Assembly (NCBI GenBank): GCA_946965045.2
Contig: OX337236.1
Span: 2,108,001 to 2,172,000 of the forward strand
Source: Epithemia pelagica
Lineage: Eukaryota; Protista; Bacillariophyta
DNA length: 64,000 nucleotides
Direction: 5' to 3'
Positions within the stretch are counted from its first letter, which is position 1; every line of letters starts with the position of its first letter. The notes below the pieces were generated by a model that ran no database searches, was not told the DNA's origin, and saw nothing but the letters and a program-made list of their open reading frames with translations. Made by a program: the position numbers and the translations under genes. This document shows positions 1-11,499 of this stretch, piece by piece.

Positions 1-2555
1 CGATACAAGCCGGCCCGCTGTAAAAATTCCACCAAAAACAAGTGCCGTGACAAGACAGCCACGGAGGATAAAGAATCCGCCTTTTGCAATTCTAATCCCA
101 ACTTGACAATGGCCAATTCCAAATCCAATTTGTCGGCATGAAAAATGGAGGGTGGAAGGGTAGGGGTGGTGATACTACTACTACTAGTGCCCGGCGGATT
201 TTGATACGAGTCCCAATACACGGACCGCAAATGGTTCACCAAGGACGACACTTTCCGTCCGGCATGGTTGGGTGACCGACGCAAGACGGGCGAAACGCCT
301 TCCTGTACCGACTGCGACGAATCGTGTCGAATTGCTTCCTGTTGTTGCTGCTGCAAGGCCAATTCCGAAGCTTCCTTGCATTCCACCCGAATCAAGGTCC
401 CCGAAGGTGCGACCAAGGTACATCCATAGGTTGTGTCATCAGTAAACAATCCCCCGACTACCAAATGACTATTCTCATCGGTATCATCCATCCAGAGATG
501 TTCCAAGTCCACTTCATGTAACAACACTACCTGAGAAGACAATGGTTGTTGTTGTTGGTGTCGTTGTTGAGTGGAAGGAACGACACGATCGTGCGCCATG
601 AGAATGGCGGAACGACGAGTGGCCGTACTGTCTGTCGAGGTACTAGGGTCTCGAGTCGCCTCGACACTCTCGTCGTTGTCGTTGTTGTTCGGTTGTTGTT
701 TGACAACCACCATGGCGGCATAGGCGACTCCATTGTCCGTCACTTGCAATCCCACGACCGACACCAGTGACGGATGAGTGAAACGATCTAACCATGTGAC
801 GGTTGACACGGCCCAACCTCCCAATGACAATGATTCCTTGGATGGCACTCGTCCGGGTTGTTGGAGTTCCAAACACACCCAAACCAACCGATCTTCGACG
901 ACCACACCGGACGTAGCAGAGTCTGTGTGGGGTTGGTTTCCATGGGGCACCTCTCCCATGGCAGTAGCAGTAGTATTTGGAGAGGCTTGTACTTGAACCC
1001 GAACCACGACAAACAATTGGGGACATGGATCCTGGCCCGTTGTCGTCCACGCCGAGGCGGTTGTGGTGGCTGCGGCGGCAGCGGCTTGTTCGACGTGAAG
1101 CGACACGAGGTGCAGGGCGGACGGAGAGGAGGACGACGACCACCAGGATTGCAACAAGGACCACAAGGATTGGGGAGGTGCCACCACTCCAAACTGTGTC
1201 ATGGTCGTTGCCGAATGGCTGGCCTCACGTCCTCCCGTGCTACTACTACTACTCGAGGGTGGTGGACTCCCCCGTACGGCCTGGTAGACGACCAATTCTC
1301 CCGCTCGTGAGACCGTGCCAAACAAGAGCGTACTGGTGTTGTGGATATTGTTGTTGTTGGTGGTGGTGGAGGAATCCATTGTTCCGAGAAACAAGACATG
1401 TCTCAAAAAGCGAGAAGGAGTGGTTGTCGCCATGGCCTCCTCGGACAATGGGGTGTTGGCGTTGGAACGAGCATTCCATGACATCCACGAAAACAAGGAT
1501 GACGACGACGAGGATTCGTTGGTTTTGGCTGTCGTAGCGTTGGGGACAAGTTCCACTTGCAAAATACCATGGCATTGTCGAATCCAAAAGACACGGCCCC
1601 GAGAGGTTCCTACCAACAAGTAGGACTGCGTCGACGAAGCCGTCAAACAAGTCACCACTTCGACTGGACTTGGGGCGGTCGAATCGGTTTCATTGTCGTC
1701 GTGGGATCCATCCTTGCTGGTCAAAAGAGGCAAGGTCACGAGAGATTTATACGCGGGAGGAGCCGGTCCATTGACTCGCATACTCGTCATGGTCGATGTC
1801 ATCAAGGGCTTGTTGGAATGAAGCAAATCAAACGTATGCAATTTCCACAACCAGAGCGATCCATTGGAAGGATGCAGTACATAGAGCCAAATACTACTGG
1901 TGGAGGGTGCTGCGGCTGCGGTTCCATGCGATGCAGCCGCAGCAGTGGCGTGTGGTTGAAAGTTGTGGGGAGTCGATCGTTGCGGTGCTTGCAAGGCAAT
2001 GAGCGGTGACAAGGGACAGGCTGTCGTCCAAGAAGCATGTCGCAAGGTCAAGACGGGAGTGTCAAATTTTTGTTCCTTCCAGGATGACACTCCCGGCAAG
2101 GCGGTATACCAGACATGGACTTGAAAGCCCGAGGCAGATGGGTGGTTGTCATGTGATGTGTGGTCCGAATTTGTACCACCACTGACCATGGCCATCCAAG
2201 GTCCAACTCGAACACATTGATTCGCTGTGGATAAGGGCGTGGTTACGGTGGACGAAAATGACGATGACGAGGGACGATGCTCATCTTCCTCGGATGGTAG
2301 GGGAGATTCCTCCGGATTGATTTCGTGTGGCGATGATGATGGTTCCAATAAATGAACTGGCAAGGCGGCTGTTACTTCCACCAACCAAGGACGATCCACC
2401 GTAGGTTCCATGAGAACCATAGTTGTGGTATTCCCACTTCCGCCCCCTTTGGCTGGACTGCTGGTATTGTTGTCGTTGTTTGTATGCGGCGACACCATTC
2501 CAGTGGTCCGTGCCATTTTGCGGCTGCTGCTGGTAGTTTCCAAGATTCTCTCCAT
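1..2555 (-). CDS. Nucleoporin Nup133-like protein, 5' part (ORF runs off the window start; not in the supplied ORF track)
   Basis: Manual translation gives an open frame from ATG 2555 (MERILETT...) to base 1. It has beta-propeller-like strands (YLLVGTSRGRVFWI), and SRHLFLVEFLQRAGLY resembles the Nup133 motif KAHSFLMDFIHQVGLF. Confidence 0.65.
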   Translation of the reverse strand, partial: MERILETTSSSRKMARTTGMVSPHTNNDNNTSSPAKGGGSGNTTTMVLMEPTVDRPWLVEVTAALPVHLLEPSSSPHEINPEESPLPSEEDEHRPSSSSFSSTVTTPLSTANQCVRVGPWMAMVSGGTNSDHTSHDNHPSASGFQVHVWYTALPGVSSWKEQKFDTPVLTLRHASWTTACPLSPLIALQAPQRSTPHNFQPHATAAAASHGTAAAAPSTSSIWLYVLHPSNGSLWLWKLHTFDLLHSNKPLMTSTMTSMRVNGPAPPAYKSLVTLPLLTSKDGSHDDNETDSTAPSPVEVVTCLTASSTQSYLLVGTSRGRVFWIRQCHGILQVELVPNATTAKTNESSSSSSLFSWMSWNARSNANTPLSEEAMATTTPSRFLRHVLFLGTMDSSTTTNNNNIHNTSTLLFGTVSRAGELVVYQAVRGSPPPSSSSSSTGGREASHSATTMTQFGVVAPPQSLWSLLQSWWSSSSSPSALHLVSLHVEQAAAAAATTTASAWTTTGQDPCPQLFVVVRVQVQASPNTTATAMGEVPHGNQPHTDSATSGVVVEDRLVWVCLELQQPGRVPSKESLSLGGWAVSTVTWLDRFTHPSLVSVVGLQVTDNGVAYAAMVVVKQQPNNNDNDESVEATRDPSTSTDSTATRRSAILMAHDRVVPSTQQRHQQQQPLSSQVVLLHEVDLEHLWMDDTDENSHLVVGGLFTDDTTYGCTLVAPSGTLIRVECKEASELALQQQQQEAIRHDSSQSVQEGVSPVLRRSPNHAGRKVSSLVNHLRSVYWDSYQNPPGTSSSSITTPTLPPSIFHADKLDLELAIVKLGLELQKADSLSSVAVLSRHLFLVEFLQRAGLY

Positions 2556-3430
2556 TCAATAGACACAAAGGTTTCAAAGCCAGTTGAACAAGTGGATTTT
2601 GTTTGTCCACAGGAAGGAAACCAGTTAAAGAGGGAGAAGAGACAAGTCTTCCAGATCTTCCCACTTCCCAACAACAACAATGCGCAATGTGCACAACCGG
2701 CCGTGGTGGTGCGAAGAATGGAAATCCGCGACCAATTTTCATCTTTTCAGCTACCTAAAAGCGACTAAGGATGAAGATGTTCCTGGTTGGCAAGCTAGCT
2801 AGAGAATCGTTCGACACAACTTCTCCTATCAGAATAGTCTGGTCCAAACGGAATACCGATGCATTCAGAATGCATCTTTCTAGCTAGTCGAGACAGAAAC
2901 GTCCCAGATATACAGGAATGAGACGGAACACCATTTTTTGCTACTCCAAATTAACAGGCTCACATCTCATCTTCTGGAGGAGCAACCACCAACCCGTCCT
3001 TCCTTTCGTGGTGTGGTTGTGCTGGGACTGTTCCAAACTCAAAACGACAAGCATGACAAAAAACCGTAGATTGAAATCAGTCGTTGTTGTGTCATGTATG
3101 GGGTGGTCGTCCTGCTCCAGGAGGGCCACACAGCCTTCTGTCCACGCTTGTAGAACTACAAACACACAAACATACACAACAACAACTTGACACGGATCAA
3201 CAGGGGCAAGGGTTTGGGTGTATCCATGGTTGTCCAAGACCATCACAACAGAGGCCTACCACCAAGTTCCAAGAGTCGTGGTGGTGTGCCTACCGCAAGA
3301 ACGGGTTTGGGGAGGGAGAACTCTCGTGTGTTTCCTCACTGCGACCGACACGTTCGAATTTGGTTTCGTTCTCTGGAGAGACCACTGCTCTGCGTGTTGT
3401 TCCTGTATCCTCCACCACAGTTGTGTATCC

Positions 3431-4195
3431 CTAACGTTCTTCATCACGACCATTGGGACAATCCACGACGCCATCTCCTACTCGGGAGGCATAAATCCAA
3501 GTGGAAGAAGAACCACCATGCAAAGCAGAAGAAGACTCATGTTTCGTTTCTCCGCGCTCTTGCCGTTGTTGTTCACGTTGTCGTCGTCGCTGCTGCCGCT
3601 GTGATTGGACATTTATACCAGGATGTGGTGGGTTCTTGCGGTCCTTGGGGGGTTGGATTGCGTCTGTATGAGTGGCGGTGGAATCATCTCCGCAGTCAAA
3701 GACGGCTTGATGAACCAAGACATGAGAGCAGGCGGCCGTATTTGGTTCGTCCTGACCATTCCAACAATCGCAATATCCATCATTGACGCGAGCCGCGGAA
3801 AGTTGTGTGTGGGGTGGAAACAAGGCCCGACACGAAATGGTGTTGTGGCTTGTCGTCGTAGACGACGAGAAGGACATGGACCACAACGAGAATGGGATTC
3901 CCACACCTCCAATCCACCGTATCGCAAGTAGGATCAACATTATCAGCAGTATTAGAACGAAGAGGACTGTGCCATAAAAGTACAGTCGTTGTTGTGTGGG
4001 TTTGCGTCGTCGACGATGTCGCTGTTGGACCGTGACGTGACTGGTACCATTCTTGGGGGGAGCGGCAAACCGAGTGCTACCACTACCAGTCAACGAACTG
4101 CCGTTGCCTTGTGGTGGAGGAGGATGATGCAATGGTAGAACGGTGGATGGTTTGCGTTGACGCAAGGACCACGCGTTCGGATCCGTCGGAGGCAT
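3431..4195 (-). CDS. Membrane-anchored PRKCSH-like (glucosidase II beta subunit N-terminal, LDLa-like) protein
   Basis: 254 aa ORF with one hydrophobic TM segment. Motifs RVNDGYCDC..GQDEPNTAAC and SRVGDGVVDCPNGRDE match the PRKCSH-like domain. Confidence 0.75.
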   Translation of the reverse strand: MPPTDPNAWSLRQRKPSTVLPLHHPPPPQGNGSSLTGSGSTRFAAPPKNGTSHVTVQQRHRRRRKPTQQRLYFYGTVLFVLILLIMLILLAIRWIGGVGIPFSLWSMSFSSSTTTSHNTISCRALFPPHTQLSAARVNDGYCDCWNGQDEPNTAACSHVLVHQAVFDCGDDSTATHTDAIQPPKDRKNPPHPGINVQSQRQQRRRQREQQRQERGETKHESSSALHGGSSSTWIYASRVGDGVVDCPNGRDEER

Positions 4196-4288
4196 GGTCG
4201 AGAACCAACCACCACCACCAAAAAATGAGGCTGCGAAAGATTTCTTCTTGCGATTCCACGATGGCTTTACGTCAATCTACGGATATTG

Positions 4289-4296
4289 TATAAATA
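4289..4296 (+). promoter_or_regulatory. TATA box upstream of the 5S rRNA gene
   Basis: TATAAATA lies about 30 nt upstream of the predicted 5S start. Confidence 0.6.
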
Positions 4297-4318
4297 GGCA
4301 AAATGTACCCTGCGCGTC

Positions 4319-4437
4319 AGGAACGACCATACCACGATGACAGCACCGCTTCCCGTCTGCTCAGCGAAGTTAAGCATCGTCGGGCCCGGTTAGTACTACG
4401 GTGGGGGACCACGTTGGAATCCCGGGTGTTGTTCTTT
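4319..4437 (+). rRNA. 5S rRNA gene (single copy in window)
   Basis: Sequence AGGAACGACCATACC...GAAGTTAAGC...GGTTAGTACTACGGTGGGGGACC...GTTGTTCTT. The 5' and 3' ends pair, and box A/box C-like internal promoter elements are present. Confidence 0.95.
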
Positions 4438-4438
4438 T
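4435..4438 (+). terminator. Pol III terminator (T4) of 5S gene
   Basis: TTTT directly at the 3' end of the 5S sequence. Confidence 0.6.
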
Positions 4439-4880
4439 ACTAATTTGACCAACTTTTTCCTGGAATAGGGCCAGTTCCCAGTTCCACAACATGTTACTCC
4501 ACTTGTCCTGTGTCCAGGAAGCTTCAATGCGGTCAACTAAAGGTATACTTCGGGAACTGGTTGACGCTCCCTATATGCTTGTCGAGATCCTCCGTAATCT
4601 ATGTCGCCATACCTGTTGCTACATTCGAGCTACCTCCATAGAAGAGTAAGCAAACATCAAATCAATCATATCAGAACGGAGAGTTGGTAAAAACCTATAC
4701 ATTTGACTATCTTATAACTAGTGGTATTTGATAGGAAGGTAGCTGCCACAAGAGAGCCCAATAAAGATTCGCTTGTCGTGGTATTTGGCTTGCTCTCTTG
4801 TGCCACTGGTATGGTGGTGTGTGGAATGTTTGCAGAGTCAACACTGTTCGATCTTCTTCTTTGTGCGATCCTCCTGGGAT

Positions 4881-6050
4881 TTATTCCAAGCTATCGGCTG
4901 CAATCTTGATAATGGGTACCGTCTGTCCGGGATCCACTTCATCGTTTTCCCATTGCATATCTTGTCCCTTTTCCCAGGCTTCTTGAAAGACTTTGAGAAT
5001 CTCCGATTTGGCATCTTCAATGGAAATCACGGGGATTCGAAAGCCAATTCGGAACTCATCCGTTTGCAACTTGTTCCGTCGTGTACCCATTTGGGTCGTG
5101 ATACGCAGGTCCATGCCCAATCGATCGACGGTCGTCATGCGAATCTTGACAATTTCTTGTTCGACACCCAACAAATGGACGGCCGTGCTCATCAAGTCTT
5201 CGGTATGATCGCGGTTCATGCGTTGCAAAATTCCCGGTGCTTCCGTGGCCAAAATATCGGGGTTGGCGGCCCGGTAATCGTCGGGTTCAATCCATTGCGA
5301 CAAGACCCCAAAGCCACCCACGAAGTAAATTTTTTCGGGAATCAAGCGATAAAAGGCAAATTTGGGCGAGTCCATGACTTGATCGGCATAGGCATGGGCA
5401 ATGGAATACCGCATCCGCAAGGCGTCCATGTCCTCCGCCGTGGCCGGTATTTTTTCCAACGTCCCCGTCAAGGAACATCGGGAGACATCTTGGGCGCCGC
5501 CTCGGGACGAGGATGAGGTGGAGGAGCCACTCAATTGGCAAAAGAGAGAGACCAATGGGACGGCCTCATCCGATTCTTGTTGTTTCTGAACATTGATGGT
5601 ATGCATACTCATTTCGTTCATGAGCAAGACCGGATTGCCGACATCGTCCAAGACATAGTCGACAAAGGAGCCAAAGGGAGCTCCGGCAATGCCATCGTGT
5701 GCCGAGACGGTACACAAGGTTCCCGAGGTACACACACTGGAGACCGTCCGTGCCTTTTCATTCACATTTAATCGAATTTGGGCCATGTAATCGTCCGGTC
5801 CAAACAAGGACGATGAGTCGTCGGCGCTTTCGCCGTTGGTGGCCGACGATTCGGCGGCGGCGTTGCCATTCACCAAGGTGGCAAATGCCATGGAGCGAGG
5901 ATCCGACGGCGCTGATCTGCTGGACAAGGGCGATGGTGATAAAACAAAGGCATTCACCTGGCCGCTTGCCAGAAGGACAAGCAGTGCGGTCGCAGCAATC
6001 ACCACCTGTCTCCCTCTTCTCGTCGTCGTTGTTGTTGTTGTGGTCCGCAT
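4881..6050 (-). CDS. Plastid-targeted pyridoxamine-oxidase-like split barrel + DUF2470 protein (glutamyl-tRNA reductase-binding/HugZ-like)
   Basis: 389 aa with a signal peptide ending VNA-F (ASAFAP-like). Motifs ARTV..GTLCT..GAPFGSFVDY and HMN-like RMNRDH...MTTVDRLGMDL. Confidence 0.75.
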   Translation of the reverse strand: MRTTTTTTTTRRGRQVVIAATALLVLLASGQVNAFVLSPSPLSSRSAPSDPRSMAFATLVNGNAAAESSATNGESADDSSSLFGPDDYMAQIRLNVNEKARTVSSVCTSGTLCTVSAHDGIAGAPFGSFVDYVLDDVGNPVLLMNEMSMHTINVQKQQESDEAVPLVSLFCQLSGSSTSSSSRGGAQDVSRCSLTGTLEKIPATAEDMDALRMRYSIAHAYADQVMDSPKFAFYRLIPEKIYFVGGFGVLSQWIEPDDYRAANPDILATEAPGILQRMNRDHTEDLMSTAVHLLGVEQEIVKIRMTTVDRLGMDLRITTQMGTRRNKLQTDEFRIGFRIPVISIEDAKSEILKVFQEAWEKGQDMQWENDEVDPGQTVPIIKIAADSLE

Positions 6051-6650
6051 CTTTTTGGCTGTGTTGTTGCGTTTTCGGTTTGGTGTTATGGTTTCAATGA
6101 GACGACTCCTCTATGATGCACGCACGGATTGGAACTACTTGCAATCCAAAAAGCCAACAAACGCAAGAACCAATGTGCTTGTGCAGAGTTCAAGGAATGA
6201 ATGAGAAAGTGTGGTCCGTAGGACGTGTACGTGGGTTGCGTTGGGGCAATTTGTGTTGATTGTTGATGGCAAGTTGAACCGCGAGCCAACAACGCTCCCC
6301 GAGCGGTCTTTCGACTTTCGACGCCCCCACCAACTTCCACGTCACGAAAGGGCCCATTTTCTGGGGGCCCATGCTCTAGTACCAACCGTTTCACCCCCTT
6401 TCCCCATGAGAATCTTGGGGGGGAGCATGTCGACAGAGGGGGGCGAAAGATCTTTCATCGTGTCAAAAAGTTATCTTTTCAAAATTTGCAAGACCGAAAA
6501 GACAACGACAAGGATCGAACACCCACCAACACTCTTCCACAAGACGCCCACACGTCCCTGCTGTGCAAGGCGAGAGACAGTAGACAGAACCCTTCCAACG
6601 AAAATCACTTGACTACGGATACGTACTACGTAGTAGCAACTAGCACGACC

Positions 6651-8597
6651 ATGGCAACATCTCCAACGACAACGACTGCCTCTTCGAATGGCAGTATGGA
6701 TGATTGGAATGTAGATATTGTGTTACAGGTGCTTCCCTACTTGTCCCTATGGGATGCCAATCATTTCCAGTTGACATCCCGTCGCTATTGGTATTTGGTT
6801 CAGGAATACCGTCGTCTCCTCTTGCCCACCTCCAACATGGTCACCATGGCCACGGAGGAACTCCAATCGACAGCTCACTTATACGGTAGTATAGCTCAAG
6901 GACTGATGCAACATGCAGCCCAACACAAACTGCAAACGGTACCCAATTTACTCGTTGGTAGTTGTACCACACGCAGTACCTTGCCTCAAGCCCTGCCAGC
7001 CTGGTGTCCATCCCACAGTGTGATTGTGGGAACCGTATCCGATTCGGTCCAAGTCACGTCGCCGACCGTCGAGTCCGATTCCAATGCTGGACTCATGCTT
7101 GCCACTCTACCACCCAATTCGATCTATCCCTTTTGTCTCGCCGCCGCCACCACCACACGCGCTCGATCCAACCGTCATGACACACCAGGATTCCCGAGGA
7201 GTGCTCGTGAGTTGGTTCAACAGATTCGTCAACACGCGGAAACGCAGTTTCAAGGCCAACCTCCCCAAGCGATCTTGGTCTATGGGACGGGACCTGACGC
7301 CACTCAAATTGAAACTATTCTCGAAACCTTGCAACAAGCCTTTTCCCAGGAAACAACCATTGTCGGTGGCTTGTGTCAAGGTGGCTACGTATCGGAACCC
7401 ACTTCTCAAATCTCTCGAGCGGAATTGGAAGGCCTGTCATCCTCGGAATTGATGGTATGGTATCGGGGATTGGGTGGACGATCCAGTGCGGCTTCGTCCA
7501 ATCATTGGACCCGCAAGGAATTGATGGATCGTGTCGGACAAATGCTCCACGAACGACCCTATCGATTGCGTCTCATTACGGACGACAATGGTGGCGTGGC
7601 CATGTTTGGGGTGGCACTCTTTGGAACGGTTCCGACAATTCATACCCTCGTGTCACGTGGCGTCCAGTCCTTGACACGGCCCACACCCACACCCACCCCC
7701 TCCCTTTCCTTGTCACCCACCTTGGCCAGTCACAATTTTGTCATTGATCAAGCCGCCTTTTATCGTCCACACAATGACGAGTACATTTTCCAAAGTCGTC
7801 GTGTGGGTGGTGGTGGTACGACGGCGGGTCGTGATTCCTTGCCAAGCTATCACATGGTTCGGCGAATTCGGGATATGGATACGGGCAAGGTGTATACACC
7901 CACCGAATTGCAAGCCCGATTTGGCAATCCAGATTTTATTGGCTTGCAGCGTCCTGGTCAAAATGGATTTACCTTGCATCAACCACATTTCATGTCCTAC
8001 AATCTCAATGCCTATATTTTCTTGCACACAAAGGGTGACAACCAGACGGAGGACGAAAACAACAACAATCAGGAAGATCCATCCACAGCGTCTCTGGAAG
8101 GAAGCTTGATCGATTTGTTTGATATGACGGGACAGGCATGTGTGGAAGATTTGGAACGGACACTTTCCACATGGAAGCAAAACGAAGACCAATCGCAATC
8201 CAAAATCTTGGGTGCCCTTTTAGTTTCCTGTACAGCTCGTGGTCCTCATGCCTCATCGCTCATGTTGGGTCAAGCCATGGCCGATGCCAACTGTTTTGCC
8301 AAGGCCTTTCCACAAGTTCCCTGTTTGGGTTGGTATGCCAATGGTGAAATTGGTCCACCCGCCGTTGTGGCAGCGACAACAACGCCCAATCACAAGGCAG
8401 TACAAGGAGCCTGTTGCCTTCAAGGATTTACCGCCATTTTCCTACTCTTTGTGGCCGCCTCCCCACCACCCCACTCGATAGCAGCCTCCGCTTCCACCAA
8501 TAACACGGCAGGCATTCAGGATGACCCGGAATCGATACAACGAGCCATTCAAACGCAATTGTTGGCGGCACGACGTGGTGACACGAAAAACAAGTAG
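6651..8597 (+). CDS. F-box + FIST domain protein (FBXO22-like), intact copy F1
   Basis: N-terminal F-box-like DDWNVDIVLQVLPYLSLWDANHFQLTSRRYWYLV, FIST_N-like IVGGL, and FIST_C motifs SCTARG and LGWYANGEIGP. Likely ATG is 6651, in frame with ORF 6486..8597. Confidence 0.75.
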   Translation: MATSPTTTTASSNGSMDDWNVDIVLQVLPYLSLWDANHFQLTSRRYWYLVQEYRRLLLPTSNMVTMATEELQSTAHLYGSIAQGLMQHAAQHKLQTVPNLLVGSCTTRSTLPQALPAWCPSHSVIVGTVSDSVQVTSPTVESDSNAGLMLATLPPNSIYPFCLAAATTTRARSNRHDTPGFPRSARELVQQIRQHAETQFQGQPPQAILVYGTGPDATQIETILETLQQAFSQETTIVGGLCQGGYVSEPTSQISRAELEGLSSSELMVWYRGLGGRSSAASSNHWTRKELMDRVGQMLHERPYRLRLITDDNGGVAMFGVALFGTVPTIHTLVSRGVQSLTRPTPTPTPSLSLSPTLASHNFVIDQAAFYRPHNDEYIFQSRRVGGGGTTAGRDSLPSYHMVRRIRDMDTGKVYTPTELQARFGNPDFIGLQRPGQNGFTLHQPHFMSYNLNAYIFLHTKGDNQTEDENNNNQEDPSTASLEGSLIDLFDMTGQACVEDLERTLSTWKQNEDQSQSKILGALLVSCTARGPHASSLMLGQAMADANCFAKAFPQVPCLGWYANGEIGPPAVVAATTTPNHKAVQGACCLQGFTAIFLLFVAASPPPHSIAASASTNNTAGIQDDPESIQRAIQTQLLAARRGDTKNK

Positions 8598-9560
8598 GAA
8601 TTACAACAAAGCAATCAGCTCTTATGATTTTTTGCTTATACCATCGCTTGATCGATCCAAGCGACTCTTGGAGCAACTCTTGTACATTTGGTTTCATTGG
8701 CATGCTTGTTGAGTTGTCATTATCTTTGTTCTTAAGGCTTTTCCTAAACTGTCAAGCGCCTCCAAGTAGAATATAATTAAAATTATTCGTGCGGAAACGG
8801 ACTATTCGTCGATCTATTTCTTCGTATTAGTGCCAATTGAAAATGTTGTGGTGCTTAGTTCTCCACCCGACACATCTATACTTTTTGGTCGACTTCTTCC
8901 TTTCCATTATTCTGTTCTTTCTCGTGTACCTACCTTACAAGAAACGAAAAACAATAGTATAGTGGTTCATCCAGTGTTGGCTGTTGCTTCAACCAGAGAT
9001 TCAACCCATGTGGCTCTTTTGTCCAATCATTGAGGCCGAGCAGTATTCGGACAGGAATGGAAAGCCCATACAAATGCCAATCAAAGTTGGCTTGTTTAGA
9101 GATGGAATGGCGCCAGGGCAGTCGGTCGAGTAGGCCTAGCTGATCTTCCGGGGCAGCTGAGAAATAGACTATAGACCATTTTGGGGAGGCAGCAAAAGAA
9201 GAAAGGTTGCTTCGGTCTGTCTCGCGTTTTGTTCTCAAGAAGCAAGTTTGTAGACGTACTGGGGTCCCCCGGCGTCAAACCCCACTACCAAGACCATGAC
9301 CACATGTAACGCACGTGTCACGAGTCAAATCTTTTGGGTGCATGACGATGACGGGGTCTCGTGTCTCGTGTCTCGTTCTCGATATATTCTCAATGGAAGA
9401 TCTCTTCCCAGAAGTTGCGCAAGACCAATGGAAGAGAGACCATTCAAAAGTTGCAAGACCGAAGAGACAGAGAGAAGAATCGAACACTCACCAACCCTCT
9501 TCCGCAAGCTGCCCACAATTTCCAACTGGACAAAGAGCTTCCAAAAACACCTACCACACC

Positions 9561-11490
9561 ATGACAGCATCTTCAACGACAACGACTGCCTCCACAATTG
9601 GTAGTATGGATGACTGGAATGTGGATGTTGTGTTGCAGGTGCTTCCTTACTTGACCTTTTTGGATGTCAATCGCTTCCAGTTGACATCGCGTCGCTATTG
9701 GTATTTGGTTCAGGAATACCGTCGTCTCTGGCACATTCCCAACATGGTCACCATGACTAGAGAGGATGTGCGATCGACAGCCTACAGCAGAAATATACAA
9801 GGAATGATGCAATACGCGGTCCATCATAAATTGCAAACTTCGCCCAACTTTCTTTTCGCTAGCTTTGAACCGCAGAGTGCCTTACCACGAGATTTGCCGG
9901 GATAGATTCCCTCCGACTGTGTCGTTTTGGGGACAATATCCGCCATTTTGCAAGCCACCGTTCCCATTCGCGTGATCGGCCCTGAAGATGGACTCTTGCT
10001 CGCCACCCTACCACCCAATTCCACGTAACCGTTTAGTTTTTCCACTACTAGAGAAGAAGGACTACCTCGATCGTCCTCTGCGAACACGATCAGCTCCACA
10101 ACTTTGGCTGCCACCCGTCACTTGATTCAACAATTGCAAACTCACGCAATGCAGTATTTTAACGGCAAAAATCCCTCGGCAATCGTGTTGCATGGCTTAA
10201 ACTGTGGAGAAAACCAAATCGATCACGTTTTGGCAACCTTGCAACAAGCCTTCCCCCAAACCGCTTTGGTCGGTGGCTTGTGCCAGGGAGGCATCGTATC
10301 CGAGTCTTTTGACTCTTCCACAACTGTAAAACAACTGGGAACAATGTCTTCCGGCGGAATTGAGAGAATGGTACTGGTCTTTGGGTGGGCGTGAATACAG
10401 AGCGTCGCGGAGATGGACCCAAGAGGAATTGAAGGATCGCTTGCGACAAATGTTGCACAAAAGATCCTATCGATTGCGTTTCGTATCCTACGGGGATGTA
10501 CAGGGCAAACCTCAGAGTAGTGTTGTTTTTGGAGTGGCACTTTTCAATGTTCCAATACAAGCTCTCGTGTCGCAAGGCTTCGAATCCTTGACGCTTCCAA
10601 GATCACAACTACCATCCAATCCCAACACCACACCGCTACCAGCCACGGCCTTGGCCAGTCGTAACTTTGTAGTTTATCAAGCTGCCTTTTATCGTCCGGG
10701 TCAGGATGGGTACATATTTCAAGGCGATCCTCCCTCTACTAATGATGAGGGACAACCGATAATCGTTCCAGATTCCTCTCTATATGGCTTCCCCTCGTAT
10801 CATATGGTTCGACAAATTCGCAATACGGATACAGGAGAGGTCTACACACCAACCGAATTGCAAAGCCAATATGGCGCTCCGGCCTTGATTGGAATGCAAC
10901 GTTCTTGTGAAAATGGATTTACCTTGTATGAACCTCATGCAATATCCGACCAATACGATGCTTACATCATTTTGCATCCCGGCCCGGAACCAGTTGAGGA
11001 TGGTCCGGAAACAGCATCGCTCGAGGGAAGCTTGATCGATTTGTTTCATCATCCAACGGCACAAGCTTTTGTCCAGGATATAGGACGGAAGCTCCACGCA
11101 GTGCAAGCACAACAAAATGACGTCTTGGGTGCTCTGATCGTTAGCTCGAGTTCCTTCATGGAAGTACAAGAGGCCTTCAAATTTGCCGATGTCTTTCCTC
11201 AAGTCCCGTGTTTGGGTTGGTACGCCCATCGCCAGCTTGGTCCACCACTAGTTGTAGGTGGGGTGAGCAGTGGTACAAGTCAATTGGAGCATGATGAGCA
11301 TCGACAACGAGCCGGTGTCCATAGCGATGCAGCCGTCTTTGTACTGTTTGTTACCCCGCCCCAACAACCAGCTTCATTTGCTTCCTTGTCCAATGCAGAC
11401 ATTCAAGACGATCCCGAAACTATTCAACGAGCGATTCAATCACACTTGTTGCGTGCACGACGGCCCAACAACCAGCGGCAAGACTCAAAG
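9561..11490 (+). pseudogene. F-box/FIST copy F2 (two premature stops and a frameshift; 3' end fused to F3)
   Basis: Homologous to F1. TAG at 9903-9905, TAA near 10026 and a frameshift near 10350. Its C-terminal half reads in frame into F3. Confidence 0.8.
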
Positions 11491-11499
11491 ATTTGCAGT

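Noticed and set aside
2760-3430. Short ORFs between Nup133-like and PRKCSH-like genes
   Set aside because: No frame gives a recognisable or convincingly protein-like product.
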